The notes under the pieces were generated by a model that was not told the origin of the DNA, searched no databases, and was given only the letters and a program-made list of their open reading frames with translations. From the NCBI GenBank assembly GCA_021613535.1, contig CP075496.1, positions 2,170,001-2,234,000 of the forward strand: DNA of 64,000 bases. Direction: 5' to 3'. The DNA is from Adineta vaga. Its lineage: Eukaryota; Animalia; Rotifera. The translations under genes were made by a program, and so were the position numbers. Each line of letters begins with the position of its first letter. Within the stretch, counting starts at the first letter, position 1. Below, piece after piece: positions 25,358 through 39,984 of the stretch.

Positions 25358-27717
25358 ATGTTTCTCGGTAATGTTCGAGAAGATCATCATACGAATTGTC
25401 GAACAAGTCGTAGTGCACCACAATTAATACCATCATTATCGATGAATAATGCAATGTTAAGTCCATTAACATCCCAACAAACATTGATGAGCTATGCTCG
25501 AATGTCATATCGTTATACAACCGTTTGTTAAAAGATAGTTGTTCAATAGAAAGTGATTAGTTTTCTTCTCTATTTTAGGTAACTTTACTTTCACTGCGTC
25601 CACCACCGGAAGTAACTGCTTTTCCTAATCATCTAGTTGAACAACGTTTTCTTGAGTAAAATTTTCAAAATTAATCGTTATTTTACTGTTAAATTTGGTG
25701 TCTTCTTTAGTGATGAAAATTATATTGATCTTGATCGAATGTTAGCTGAAAAAGCTGGCAAATTTCAAATGGATTCATATGGTATGCACGATGGTGCAGG
25801 TGATGGACCATTGACATCGATTAAAACATATAAATATGATTATTCTGATCCAACTGTTGTTGAAGTAACATTTATAATCTTGATAGTTTTGTTTTTCTAA
25901 ACTAGAAAATATAGAAAGTCAAAAATCGTCGTCCAAAAGATCCGTTAACTCCTCATCAAGTCGCTGCATTAACATCTGTTGCAACACGTCATCAATCATC
26001 AACGATTCCAACACCATTATTAACTTCTCAATCAATTCCACCATCACATATTTCGATTGATGATCATAATCATCGACAAGTACAATACCAACGAAATACA
26101 ACATATCGACATCATTTTCCTTCACAACCATCAATTCCATCTCAAAGACAAACTTACAATCAATTTCAAACATATCCTCATCAAGTTAGATCTCTTCTAC
26201 CAGATCATCGAGCATATCATACCCAAAATTCAAATACAACTCCTATCTTACAACGTTTATTTCAAGCTCAACAACGTCAACAGTAAAGAACTTTCTTTTT
26301 TAGCCTAAGCGGAAAATCTACCATGTTATTTTTCATTTGTAGAAATAGAAATGATATTCATCATTCAATACCAATATCTGATCATTATCATCAAGGTTTA
26401 TCGGCCTTTTGCACACCTACATCACCTCAACAATCTCCAAAGTCATTCAATACATTTGCCTGGCCATTTTCAACAAATCAAAATCAAAAAGTGATATTTC
26501 TTCCTTTTCATTTGTCCTTTTCTAATCATTTTATGAATTAGTCTGCAACACATCCATTACATATACCAATGACAACTCAAAAGACGGTTAAACAAAATCA
26601 AGTAATACGTTATTTTCAATTCTTTACAGGAATCTGTTGTAAATCTCAATCAATCGAACTTCAGTTCTTTCTACTTATCGTTCTCAAGCAGTTAATTTAT
26701 AGATTAGCTTTAATACATTGTCACATAGCTCTCATAAATTAATCGAATTTTTATGTCTCACCTCTATATTTCCATCAGGATGTCCTTGGTCAATTGATTT
26801 CAAATCATGTTCAATATTCAACCACCATGCAAACACCTTTGACACCACCAATGAATATTAATGGATTAAATGATTCGAATCGAGATAATACTGACGATGA
26901 TGATGATGAACAAAACTTTTATTCTGCACCACCATCACGTATGTCTACAAAAACGATCCGCACAAAATCATTTTTTCTCATGTAAAAATAGCAACTCAAC
27001 AACAGGAATCTTTCCCATCTGTATTCAACAATGCAGATAATCCTGAACATACACGTATATATAATCAAGCTGTATTATTAAATTCATTGATACGTAATAT
27101 GGTTAATGAAAGTAATGTACAAAATTCTTCGTCGAATGAATCCTGTTCATCGAATGATACTCAAGTATGAAAAGATGAAAAATATTTTGATAACTATGTT
27201 TTGAAATCAATTCTAGTCAACAAAATGGAATCGAGAATCCAACGAAAGTTATACGGAAATGTATAATCTCATTCGTCTTCTTTCACCAGGTGTTAAAAGT
27301 AAAGTTTTGTTTTTACATTTTAACAAAACAAAACTCATGTTGTTGTCAAATTATTTTTCATGTTCATTCATAGGTATTGCTCAACAAGAATTACTTCAAT
27401 ATCTTGAACAAGGTTGTTTAAATGAACGTGAAGAAATGCTTCGTTTAATTCAAACACTTAATATCAATGAACAAAATTCATTAAAACCAATTTTAGTTCG
27501 ATTAATCAATGAACAATTAGATGTTATGAAGAATCAACAACAAATTCAACAAGGTCATTCAATATCAAATCAACAAGAATATTCTCAAACGAATCGTTCA
27601 TCATTAGAAAGTTGGTTCGGTTCGGATATTTATAAAAATGCTTATCCATGTATGCCATCAGGTCGTGCTGTATCTGCTCATGATCTTGAAACTTCACGTT
27701 TATCGCAACAAAATTAA
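25358..27717 (+). CDS. EIF4ENIF1: eIF4E-transporter (4E-T)-like protein, multi-exon
   Basis: Splicing out 25523-25578 gives RYTTVTLL (canonical eIF4E-binding YxxxxL-phi). The C-terminus LESWFGSDIYKNAYPCMPSGRAVSAHDLE resembles the 4E-T C-terminal motif as I recall it (LAKWFGSDVL..PLPSMP..V.SV.ELE). Middle is S/P/Q-rich. Confidence 0.65.
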
Positions 27718-28115
27718 CTTGTTTAACATTTTGTTTTTATATTGACTTTTATCAGTTCTATTTCGTTCTGTTTTTTTTCCTGTTCTAGTCCATTCCAAAT
27801 GAATCTGTTCAATTAGTGAACAGATTTTCACATATTTGGAACGATGATAGAAAAAGAAGAAGAAGAAAAGATTGTTAGACTTTTCTTTTGTTTGTTTTCT
27901 TTTTCTTCTGTGAAAGTAAAAATAACGAAAACAAAACATCTTGTTTTAATTTTGCAAAGACAAAACCTTTCTCACGAGTTAATATTGAAGAATTAGGATA
28001 GATAAATCGATTAACCTTGACCACCACTACCACAAGGTATTAGGTCTTTGTTTTCTAAATTTTATCTTGATATTATTTTATACAATGATAATATGAAAGA
28101 AGAAAACTGAAGGAT

Positions 28116-29576
28116 TTAATCCATCATACGATGGTAAACAAGAGCACCTGGATATCCGAGCCATAATGCTAATGTTCCGTTATCCATTGAACAAGCATTT
28201 GTCGGTTGTTCGGGTAACATTCGAGCAAACTGTCTTTTTCGTTTTGCTACACCTACAACTTTCTTTTCCACTGGATCAAATACAAGCCATGTTTTCCATA
28301 AATAAAGAAGTGCACTAACAGCTCGTACACCATAAACATTCCATCGTGATAAATTAATTTGTCGTAAACCTATTAATGTTTCCGCATTATAAAGTGTCAT
28401 GATAAGATTAGTTAAAACAATAGCTACACGATCGTCAGATAAACCCATAGCACAAACACGAGCATGATTATTTAAACTTCCTCCCGAACAATCGATGGCT
28501 TTAATATGTTGTCTTGTATTATGATCAATACGTGTTAACATACATGAATAATGACGTTCACTTATATAACAATAATAGATACCTAAGGAATTCGATTTTG
28601 TAAAACGTGTTTGAGACCAAACAGCAGGTAATGGTTGATGACGTGATGATGGTGGTAACAATGATGTGGAATTTATCTGTTGAGAAGTATAACTTTGATG
28701 TTTTATCGATAATGGATAACCACGAAGTTTAATTGTATCAATAATCGATACAAAATCATAAATAAATAGCGAATTTTCTTCTATAGTTGTAACAAGAAGT
28801 TTATATAAAAATGAACACCAAAATATGTCAAGAATTGTTGATGTCGATTCATATGGTTGTTGCCATGGATAGACACTAATTGAGTTTTGATTCTGTATAA
28901 TCATTAAATGACGTGGCATAGCTAAAATGATATCATTGACATGACTTGTCATGGAAAATGGATGACAAAAACTTATAATCGGTAAAGCAGATAAGATTGG
29001 TTGATCAAATAAAAACTTAACTAAAGGTGTACTTGTATCTTTGGATTCAGATAGAATAGCTACTTTTCGCGTTTTAGTTAAAACTAATGTTTCATTTGGA
29101 AAGGTTTCTGTTTGAACGGATTCACTTCGGACGCTCACTTGATCCGTTTGAATATCAACATCTACAGTCGAGCGAACTGGTACAACAACTTTTGTTTCCT
29201 TTTCTTCTTGTTTATCAGCAGTTGAAGAAACTGGATCAACAACTTTTGTTTTCTTTTCTTCTTGTTCATTATCATCTTCATCTTCTTCAAATGGAATTGA
29301 TAATGATGTTGATGACGATGATGTTGATGATGACGAGGATTGACGAGATCGAGGTTTATTTTCGAGAATTTCTTCACTAATTGTTTCTGGTTGAGTAACT
29401 GGTGGTATTTCTACGGGTGGAGATGGTGCTGATGGGCGTGGTATTCCAATTGGATCTTCGATCTCTTCAGTAATTTTCACTTCAGTCGATAGACTTTTTC
29501 TTGCAGCAGGAACTGGAGGTGGTTGTTCGATAGCACCTGTTGTTTCATAATCATCATAGAATGGATCTCTAATCAT
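28116..29576 (-). CDS. Uncharacterised single-exon protein: acidic/Pro/Ser-rich N-half, probable beta-propeller-like C-half
   Basis: ~486-codon ORF from MIRDPFY; internal 18-aa duplication (QEEKKTKVVDPVSST / QEEKETKVVVPVRST); beta-strand-rich C-terminus (ILDIFWCSFLYKLLVTT). Confidence 0.7.
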   Translation of the reverse strand: MIRDPFYDDYETTGAIEQPPPVPAARKSLSTEVKITEEIEDPIGIPRPSAPSPPVEIPPVTQPETISEEILENKPRSRQSSSSSTSSSSTSLSIPFEEDEDDNEQEEKKTKVVDPVSSTADKQEEKETKVVVPVRSTVDVDIQTDQVSVRSESVQTETFPNETLVLTKTRKVAILSESKDTSTPLVKFLFDQPILSALPIISFCHPFSMTSHVNDIILAMPRHLMIIQNQNSISVYPWQQPYESTSTILDIFWCSFLYKLLVTTIEENSLFIYDFVSIIDTIKLRGYPLSIKHQSYTSQQINSTSLLPPSSRHQPLPAVWSQTRFTKSNSLGIYYCYISERHYSCMLTRIDHNTRQHIKAIDCSGGSLNNHARVCAMGLSDDRVAIVLTNLIMTLYNAETLIGLRQINLSRWNVYGVRAVSALLYLWKTWLVFDPVEKKVVGVAKRKRQFARMLPEQPTNACSMDNGTLALWLGYPGALVYHRMMD

Positions 29577-30078
29577 CGTATTCTTCGTTTTTAATTGAAG
29601 AATTATTTGTATGTGTCTCAACCAACAAGATGCATGGCGTTGTTAAGGACAAATTTGCAACTGCAACTATTCTTCTTTTTCTCCTTATTCTTCAATACGA
29701 CGGTAAAGGTGAGACGAATGAAGAGAAAAGAATTGTTAAAGAACAAACTACATCAAAAATCATAATGTGCGTAAGAGAAAAGGCAAAAAGAAACGAAGAA
29801 GAAGAAGAAAAAGCAAAGAATTATAAATGAAGGATGAAGGTAAAAGCAAAAAGAAAAAGATGGAAAATATTTCCTTTATTTCACACACACGTGAGAAAGG
29901 TTTTTTTCTTACAATCGTTGTATCCAATCGTATTCTTTTTACAGATTTTTAAATCAAATATTTAACTTTTTTTCACTGATATCAGATCACTTATATATCT
30001 TAATCAGAAAGAAACTTGAATTGAATATCTAAGAATATCCTTCGTCTACTTTTATTTTATTGAAAATCAAATCTAATC

Positions 30079-32128
30079 TTAATCTGTTGTTATTGTTATC
30101 GCTAATTTAATTGTTTCAAATGTATGTGTTATAGGATCCATAGTTGTATAATATGGTAAATCATCAATACCGATTCCATACACACCTAAACGTCCATCAC
30201 GTAAACGAAAGGAACCATTAAATGATAACAAACCCACATCGGTATGAAGTAATGACCATGATGAAAACAAATCTTGTTGAGCACAATTTGTATTACTACT
30301 AACATAAACTGCATTACTTGTATCAATAGCTAAAACATGACAACTAGAAAGCATATGATCAAAATGAGATTGATTTTTATTCATGGAAATGTTCTAAATA
30401 CCTTTGAATTGTATTAATATCATCAGATGATTTTGATGTTATAAATAAAGGACGCTGAATAAAGATCTTTTCTGATGGCATTATTTTCCAATCACTCCAA
30501 GAATTATCTTTTTGTTCAATACGATGTATTTTTTCATCATTAAATACAGCAAAACAATATAATTTCAAAAGAATATTTGTTCCAATCCACCCACACGAGG
30601 GTCCAGTCTTAAGATTTGTATCTATCCATACAAAGACTGACTGGTATAGAAACAAATAAATACCTGTTGCCTACCAGAATGAACATCAATATGAACATCT
30701 TGTACTATATCTGTTCCATTCATTGCTATTGCTATTAAATGATGATCAACATCACGATAAAAACAATATGCTGTATGATTAATTGCTATAAAACATGATC
30801 GTTCACCATAGATCTTACCACTTCGTTGATGTACTGTCAATAGATTGTTATTATTTGGATCAATTGTAATTGAAATTAAATTTGAGTTATTACTTTCAAC
30901 GTAACATACAATTGTATGATCATATTGTGTCAATACATTTGGTAAACCAATAACAAATTGATTGATTTGATAATACGATTGAATACCATATTTATCAATA
31001 ATAAAAATCAATAATTTATTTGTTTCATTATCAATACCAAAACAATAACGTCTATTTGATGACCATGAACATTCAATTCGTTCAAGTTCTTGAATTTCAG
31101 GTGAATCAAGAATGAAATAATCAAATTGTAAATCATCATTTTGAATTTGTCGAATATTAACATTATGAAATATTCCATTATCAATTTCTTTAATTAAACA
31201 TGATGAAATATACATTTCATCGATACAATGAACAAAATCCTGAATTTTTAAATCTCCACAATTACTTAATTTTGACCAATAATGTTCACCCACACATCGA
31301 CAACGACGTGAATTCAAATTCGATCGAAAATCACAAGTTATTCCAAGATCAAGACGACATTCATTATCATATTCACAAACTAAATAAGATATATCTTCTT
31401 TCTATGTTTTACAGTATGACATTCTTCGATTACAAACTTTCATTTTGATCTTTTTTCCGTTCTAAAACGAAACAAATCAATCTATTGATTAATTCGAAAT
31501 AATCTTACCACATTGTTGTACATGTCTATTCCAAAAGTAAGTTGTTTCACAGAAACAATGTTTTTGATTTAAATCGAATTCATATTCACAAAATAATCCT
31601 TTTGTTAAATCGCATTCTTCATGATCAATACAATTTTCTCCGTATAATAGATTTCGTTGAAGTGTTTGTGTCGTACTTGGATTTGTTGATGTTTCACTTG
31701 AAGTTAATGATGTATTCCAATAATTTGAAACGGATAGATCATTTGTTATGTTGAAATCATAGTTTATTGTTGTGCTGGTATTCATCAATGAACAATCATA
31801 TATTGGACATTGGGTGTTCGAAGTTAATAGAGATGAAAGTAAGGCAATTGCAATGATAAAACATAATGTTACGAATGAAAATGGAAGACAATAGACGAGA
31901 TAGAAAGTTTTCTAAAAGATATTATGGATAAATAAGAAAAAAAATGTTCAGAATGCGTATCTCTTTCGTTAGAAATATGAAATCATGCAATTTTACCTTC
32001 TTTTGATAAGTTCGTACTGCCTTTTTTTCATCGTTAAATAAAACATTCACTTGTTCCACTGGTGGTACAAAATCTTCTTGTTGAATAACATAAACCGGAA
32101 AACGTAAACTAAAACAATCATACGTCAT
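30079..32128 (-). CDS. Probable type II membrane protein: signal anchor, S/T stalk, two Cys-rich EB/EGF-like modules, beta-propeller-like ectodomain; start uncertain
   Basis: Exons join as RTYQKK|KTFYLVYCLPFSFVTLCFIIAIALLSSLL (TM), then LLYGENCIDHEECDLTKGLFC...CFCETTYFWN and a second C-rich module (RCRCVGEHYWS), followed by beta-rich exons 31317-30079. Confidence 0.6.
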
Positions 32129-32778
32129 CTTCTGATTATATAAGCAGAATTTTTCCCACTCACCGTTGTTGTGCTGTATGCACAACTAGATGTAAATGTC
32201 GTAAATATGATGTACTAAATACATTGATATATTCGTACAAACATTTCATCTATGAAAACTTACGTTCTTTCTCTAAATAGATCCATCAATACTGTTTGAA
32301 ATTCTGCAAAAAATAACATTGAATTCTCTTCTGGATATATTCATAGACAATTGTCCATGATTATCAAATATCTAACCTTTTCCCACACACAGTTATGTCT
32401 TTTAATGCCATCTATTGAATACTATTCCATGATTGGATACATTACTATTATGTCTATTTTCTACCTACCATCGTAGTAAAGTCTAGTGATGGAATGATAT
32501 ACATGACAGGGAATAGATAGAGGATAAATCTGCCTGATATCGAGGTATAATCATTTTTTTTCTTATTCTTTATGGACTGATATACAACGAAATATGTTCG
32601 ACTTGTTTTTTGTTTTTATTTTAGAATCTATGAGAATCATTTATCGAACGAATCTAATCATGTTACAGTTATTTTTTTAAAAGAAGATCAAGTAGAGAAG
32701 GGAAAAATCAAAGGAAATTATAATTTTATTATTTATATATTTTTTTTTAAATTTCATTCAAAATATAAGAGACTATTC

Positions 32779-35700
32779 ATGTTAAATCAAGAACAAATCC
32801 ATCGATATTTTAATCATTTAAGTGGAGCGAAACGTATCGAATTTTTATATGGTCTATTACATTTATGTCAACCATTAGAATTACGTTATTTGGGAACTTG
32901 TTTAGAAGAAATAGCGCGAAAAGATTATGAATATCTTTATCATGCTGAACAAAAAACCAATCATTTATCACCACAGACTCCAACAGCAGCAACAAATAAT
33001 GATGCAACAAATCAACAACCAACAGATCTTGTACTCGATGAAAAATTAGATTTAACTGATCAATTTACACGAGCACATGCGATTGTTGATATTGGTAAGA
33101 AGCAAAGAAGAAGACAATCAACAATCGAATCTTATTTTGTTTTTTTTCAGCTCTTCTTTGGGCAAAGAATCGTCCATGTGCTGTACGATTATTTCGTCGT
33201 TTAAAAGCAAGTGAAAGTATTAAATTAGTCGATATGCTTCTTGAACGTGATGATTTGGATGAAAGAACTATGGATGAAATTCTAATCATATTTTGTTTAG
33301 CTGCTAATCATCCAGCATTTAGTTTTGATATGCGTACACAAATATCTCAAATTCTTAAAGAATTAGAAAAGAGACAACGAAAAATGAAATTATTACAAAC
33401 TAATATTAATACTAACAATACTGAGGAAGATATTATTGATCCACTTGATGATGCAAATTGTTGTCGTCAACATCTACCAGCAACAGCACTATTAAATTCC
33501 AGTACATTCAGTGTACATGCATCACGTAAGAGAAAATTCATTGAATAATGAATGACAAAAGAGAAAATATGGAATTTCGATATTCATTTTAGCTCTATTA
33601 ACACGATTAGCAGTGGTTAATTATGATACAGATTCAACTCCAATGAGAGTTTTAATCAAAGCTGATTGGTCGGATAATAATTCGACGTTAACATGGAAAA
33701 CTCCGAATGATATTCGTTCATTTCATTTACAAGTATGTTATCAATATTCTCATCGAAAACATTGTCATAAATAGAAGATATCATTTTAGTTGTCCAATAT
33801 CGTTTATCATGATGATGTTCGATTAGAACGTTTAATGAATATCTCTGGGTATTTACGTGATATTGGTTCTCCCAATGAACCTGATATTGAATCAATGAAA
33901 AAGAATGTTGGCATCTACATGGCGTAAGTTAATTGATTATTTTATGGAATTCGGAAATAGAAAGAAAAAAAGAAAATGTTTTTATATTTTGTAGACATCT
34001 TGTTTATTTTTCGTCATATATTTCTACGATATCAACTTTAGCAAAATTTTTTAATTCATCTTTAAAACTTGTTGATTCCAAACAACGTTTGTATAACTCA
34101 AGTAATGGTTTTGATGAATCTTTATCATCATCATCATCTTTTTCCAATGGAATGACTCCACTTCGTAAGAAATTTTGTTCGATTCAATTTTGAAAACTTA
34201 TTTTTATCTCTATTTTTCAAGAATGTGAATTACCTGTACAACAACAAACTGATTCTGAGAATAAAACACTTTGTTCACCTAAACTTTCATCATGTAATAA
34301 TAAATCTAAACAACAAACGGATGTCGCTAAACAAGCTCGTTCAATCATCCCAACACATAATGGTACGCAGACAGGATTAGAAGTTCGTTCGGAAGAAACT
34401 CAAACTGATCGAATGCCTGGACCCGGTTTTATCCTCGCTGAACATCAAGATTATCTTCGAAGATATTCAATGGATGAAGTAATTTTGTTGAAAATATATT
34501 TTTCGAATTCTTATCAAATTGAATTTCTATTTTAGTTAGCGAAATTAACACCTACAGAACTAGTTGCTGATGGACTTGATGCAAGTACAGCTCAATTACT
34601 CTGTGGTGCTTTGGATGATTTAAAGTAAAATTCTATGGATATATATATATATTTGTACTAAGATTTTCTATTTCTTTAATATAGACCAATGAGTGTTCAT
34701 TTAAGCAGTAGTACCAGTAAAACTTCTCGATCACCATGTACATTTGTTCAGATGCCTCCTCCATCATCCTCATCATCACCACCACCACTTGCATCATCAT
34801 CATCAACATCATTACCACCATTATTAGATGCTGCTCTAATGACAGTTGTTCAACAACAGCACCAACCAATATCATCAGCATCAGCATCGTCGTCGTCGCG
34901 TACACCACCTCCATCCAATTCTGATCGAAATCAATTCGACTCTATTCTAATTAATTTAACAGGTGTACATCAATCTCTATCATCAAGCTCAAGTCCAAAA
35001 CTGCCTAAAACAGGAGCACCGACTGGAGCACCAACAGGCGGAACTAATGGTATCCCTCCACCTTCGTTAGCTTTATCATCACTACCACCAACAACATCCA
35101 ATGGTCCTTCTCAAACTCAACATCATGTACCATTATTAACTGCACATTCGTTTTTATACAATCCAGTTGAACCATATATATTTCCAATAGCTATTCCACC
35201 AGGTTTTCCATCCACAGCACCTGATTTTATGCGATTATTCGCTCCAAATATGGCACCTATACAAACTAATTCATCTAATCCAACCGGTGCTAATTTCGTT
35301 CAATCATCATCTGTTCCACAAGGATCTATATCAAATTCTCGTTCAACTACACAATCCAATGGTGCAAATACACCACCGGAACAAAATGGGCAAAATCATC
35401 GTCCATCTCCACCACCGCAATCATCATCTCGTCATCATCATCATCAACAACAACAACAACAACAGCAACAACAGCAACAGCAACCATATCATCATTCGCA
35501 ATCACATCACCGTCATAGACAATATCATCAATCAGATTCTATGCAATTTCAACAACAAAACGGATTTCATTCCCAACAACAACAGCGACAATCCCAAACA
35601 TCTTATTCTCAACAGCAACAAATGAAACCGAAAGCTTGTTATACATGTGGTGATCTTGGACATCTTGCATTTGCTTGTCCAGAGCAGTATTCATCTGATT

Positions 35701-35908
35701 CAACATATTCCCATCCCACTACTAACAATAGAGGTACGATTTGTTCAAATTGTAATTCATTTTCTAGACGAAACGATTTTTTTATTCTATAGAAGGTTAT
35801 AAACTTGATTATCGTCCACGTCAAAGTACTCCAACAAATCTTCATCAACAACAAAGGCAAATGCGTTCAAATTCAAATTCAAAAACTAAACTCCGCGATA
35901 ATAGTTAA
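32779..35908 (+). CDS. ZCCHC14: ZCCHC14/ZCCHC2-family protein (N-terminal conserved domain, PX-like, SAM-like, C-terminal zinc knuckle)
   Basis: N-terminus RYFNHLSGAKRIEFLYGLLHLCQPLELRYLGTCLEEIARKDY; LAANHPAFSF; SAM-like LRRYSMDELAKLTPTELVADGL; CYTCGDLGHLAFAC; last exon ...YKLDYRP ending TAA 35906-35908. Confidence 0.85.
35445..35483 (+). repeat. CAA/CAG polyglutamine tract in the ZCCHC14-like CDS
   Basis: 13 consecutive Gln codons. Confidence 0.9.
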
Positions 35909-36689
35909 CCATTTTTCATTCATTTTTTCTCTCTCTCGTTTATACTCATTAAAACAATGCTACATATCACGACTTCTCTTTTTTGCTACTATCCTTATCT
36001 GCCTTCACTCTTTCTTTCTATTTTCTTTTTTTCTTCGTTTGATACATTTCTCATTCTTTTCTTGTCTTTCGTCTCTCGTTTCGTTTCTGTAACAGCGACG
36101 TACGTTTTTTTTACGACATACATTCAACTCTTCCCACCTTCTTTAATATACATATATATATATATTTGCATCTATTCTTTATATAAAAAAAAAGAAGAAT
36201 GATATTACTCCGAAATGAGTATACAAAATATTTTAGTACATATTTTTATTTTATCATATCTTAGTTTCTTCTATGTGACTAAACGAACAACTTGAATATA
36301 AGAAGAAGGGGAAAACCTTTCGTTTTTATTTTATGTTTTTCATCACAAAAGAAAAATAATAAATTAACCTAGCTAATCTTTCTCATCTACATTCCATTAG
36401 TTTTTCTTATCTCACATACATATATGACTACAATAATAAACAGAAGCAACGAAGTTAGTTAAACACAGAAAAAAAAAGAAAGAATTTTCTTTAGGAGAAG
36501 AATAATACAAATAAAACATTTAGACAATAGAACACGAAACACACATCAAGAGAAAAAAATAAGAAGAATTCTTTTATATATATATATATGTATAAGACAT
36601 GGCTAGTTCAATTTTATATAAAATAATTATATACAAAACGACAGGAGATTGATACTAAGAAGAAATGAAAAGAAAGATTTCTTGTTGTT

Positions 36690-39600
36690 TTATTCGAGAT
36701 CTGAATCTGTTGATGAAGTTTCATCATGTATAGACCGTTGCCAAGTTTTAAGACGTTGTTCAAGTATTGTTTGCCAAGCATATTGTAGACATTTACTTGG
36801 ATAACGGATTTTATATGGCAGAGTCGGTTTATCTGACAGAAATATCAATGCATCTTGACCTAGATAAACAATTCAAAAAATTCCAATAAATTCGACAGAA
36901 ACTTTCGAAAAAAAACAACATACGTTCATCACTCGATCGAAAATCAACGATTTCATTGAGATAAATTGCATTACAAACTAATGTTAAACGTGTATCAGTC
37001 GTATTTCGTTGTGTTAATAGAAGCATGTCATTTAATAGAACAGCCCATGTCTAAATATCCAAAGAAGAATACTTTGTATCGTTCATAATCAAAAGAATTT
37101 CTCTCTTACCTCAATATAACTTTTATTTTCATTTTGTAGTAAAAGTACACCCGAAAAAATGATATGACGATTTCGTCCTGTAAGTACGACAGGCTAAAAG
37201 AAAAAACGAAAGATTTGTTTTGATGAAAATTCTTTTATTTTTCTCCTCTTACTTGAATCGTTTTTGTAAATTGAAGACGATTTTGCAATTCAATAATATC
37301 ACTATCTTCGGTAGTATTCATTAATGATGATGTTCCACTAGCACTGTTCAATGACATTGTTGTTGTACAATGATGTTGACTTGTCGATGATGATGATGAT
37401 GAAGATGCAGATACATGTAATGAACATTGACGTAATTCTTTGTAAAAGAAGACATTTATTTTCTTTTTTTGGAATGAAAATTTCAATTTACCTTTCAGAA
37501 CATGTAAGAGATAATTTGAATCATTTGCATTTTCGCATGAACAACATAAAACATCTAATTGATTTGCAAGATTATCAATATGATTCAATGGTATTTGCAG
37601 AAACTGTTCCATAGAAAGTGTTGAATGATTTCCGAGAATAAATCGTTGAAAACTAGCACATTTTTTCAATTGTTTCAATTGTGCACAAGCATCGGAATAA
37701 CCCGAAATATAACGTGTAAATGCTTCACAGATCAATTCAATTTTTTCATGAAAAATCTTTCCAATCGAACCGATGATTATTCGTTCTGATAATGTTTGTA
37801 AACGACTTAATTGATATCTTGATATTGCAAGAATCTAAAAGGAAAAAATCACGATTTTTAAAACGAATGAACTCGAATGAGTGATTTGTATTTACTTTTT
37901 CAATATTTTGAAATAATTTTGCATGTTCATTCGATGAAATTAAATAATGTTTCAATGGTCGTGAATATAATTGTACACCGAGTTCAATTTGACTAATAAA
38001 ATCTTTTTCAATATCGATTAAATGTGCAACATCACGTTCATAGGATTCCGAAATGATATTCTGAAAAGAACATTAAAAAAGAAGTAAATGAAGTTTTTCA
38101 TTTCGAATTCTGAGAAACTTACAAATCGATTGTCTTGATCACCATCGGAATATGGATTACTTTCTGAACCAACACCTGATTCACTTCCATCGCTTTGTGA
38201 TTCGGAAATTTTACGATTAATTGGCGACATTAATAACGATTGTTGATAATCGTAATGACGAGAATTTGATGAACAAGTAGAAAATAAATTTCGATTTAAT
38301 GGTTCATGTTGATCAATAGAATTCAAAACAATTTTATCCATTTGAATTACATTCGATGGATTTGTTCGACGATATAATTGAAGAGTGATAGGTAACGGTA
38401 AACTTCTATTAATAAATCGAAAGAAAATGATAAAGAAAAAAAGGATAAGTTTTCTTTTCAAACCTTAATAATTTTTTCACAGCTTTTGCTTGTGTTCGAG
38501 AAACATTGATATCATTTACTTGCAAAAGTACATCGCCTGCCATTGGTCGAGTACATGAAGCACCAATGCCTGTTTTTACTTCACTAATTGTACATGGAAA
38601 TCCTGATGAGAATTGAATTTCATCACGATCATGAAGATTAACCTTCAAAAAAAATTAAATCCAATAATGTTTAGTTTCTTATTTCGAAGCTTCTTCTTAC
38701 ATTTAATACAAGTCCATTTGATTGATTTACATTCTGTAGTTTTTTCGATACAATTCGAGTTGATTTTTTCATTTGTAATGATGAATTGTCCACATTCAAT
38801 GCCATTCGTTTATGTCTACCGATTGATTCTGGTAATAAACAATACCATTTCAATTTCGATGAATTCTAAACAAAACAATCAATCATTTTGCACGTCATAT
38901 TATTCTAATAGAATATATCACTTCAGCTCGATCCATTTCACACATTGATTTAATCGATTTTCTTACCTTGTTCGAACTAGTTGTTTTGAGAAGAGTCTTC
39001 ATATTAAATGACATACATCCGATTAAGTCACTTCTAAAAATATAATATATATATAAACAATAAATGACGAATGAATATCGATATATATATATAATCTCTT
39101 TTTCTTTCTTTGATTCGATAGAGAGATAATCGTCAGACTAACATATGTGTTGTTCAGGGAGAAAAGATAGGGAATCTTCTTTACACGTGTAATAAAGAAA
39201 AGAAACAAAACAAAAATGAAGATGATTCGATTACTGTTTTCACACAAATATCAAAACTTGTCATAATAATGTTCGTTTGAAGATAGTGTTCACTTACTTT
39301 TTGTTCGATACCGATTGATGATACACAGATATTGTTAAACGTTTTGATGAACTTGATAAATTTGTTTTATTCAAAGGTCTTGAGAGAGAGAGAAAAGAAC
39401 AATTCGAATAGATTTTGTTTTCATTTTATTGACTTACATATGAAATTTCTCATCATAAACAGGTGAATTTGTTCCTTGAATGACTTTAGAACATTGATCA
39501 AATTGTTGAGAATAAGTTACTTTAACAAATGTATTCATTTTATCTGAATTATCAAGATTTGTTAATTGACGAGCACGTAATACTGAAGAAAGAAAGAAAG

Positions 39601-39984
39601 AAAGAGAAGAGATTAATTATATTCAAGAGTTCTATTCTTACCGTGCAAGATTAACGTGAAATCATCAGTTTGATTTTCATTTAAAATTGAATATGCAACA
39701 CATAATGAACCTGGAACGAATGATTAAATGAATTTTTTGTGCCTCTTTTTTTCCATGAAAATATTCATACCTCGTTTAGGATGTTTTGATGATGTTGACA
39801 ACGAATTTTCTTTACATGGTTGATCGATAACAGTCGTTTTTGATGGAGATAATACTGTACATGGAACGAAATATTTCGTTTTTTTAACATAATCAACGAA
39901 ATGATTTGTTAATGAACGTTTATTAGATGAAGTTGTTGTTAATAGTAAACCTTCATAATTATGAAGATCATCATTTTGATTCAT
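36690..39984 (-). CDS. C2-PDZ-DH-PH protein, PsGEF / long-RGS3 N-terminus-like; further 5' exons possible (donors ~42752, ~44240)
   Basis: C2 (VLRARQL...NTFVKV...TNSPVYDEKF), PDZ (AGDVLLQVNDINVS), DH (IDIEKDFISQIELGVQLYSRPL...LFQNIEK; FLQIPLNHI), PH (WAVLLNDMLLLT...WQTILEQR). Confidence 0.7.
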
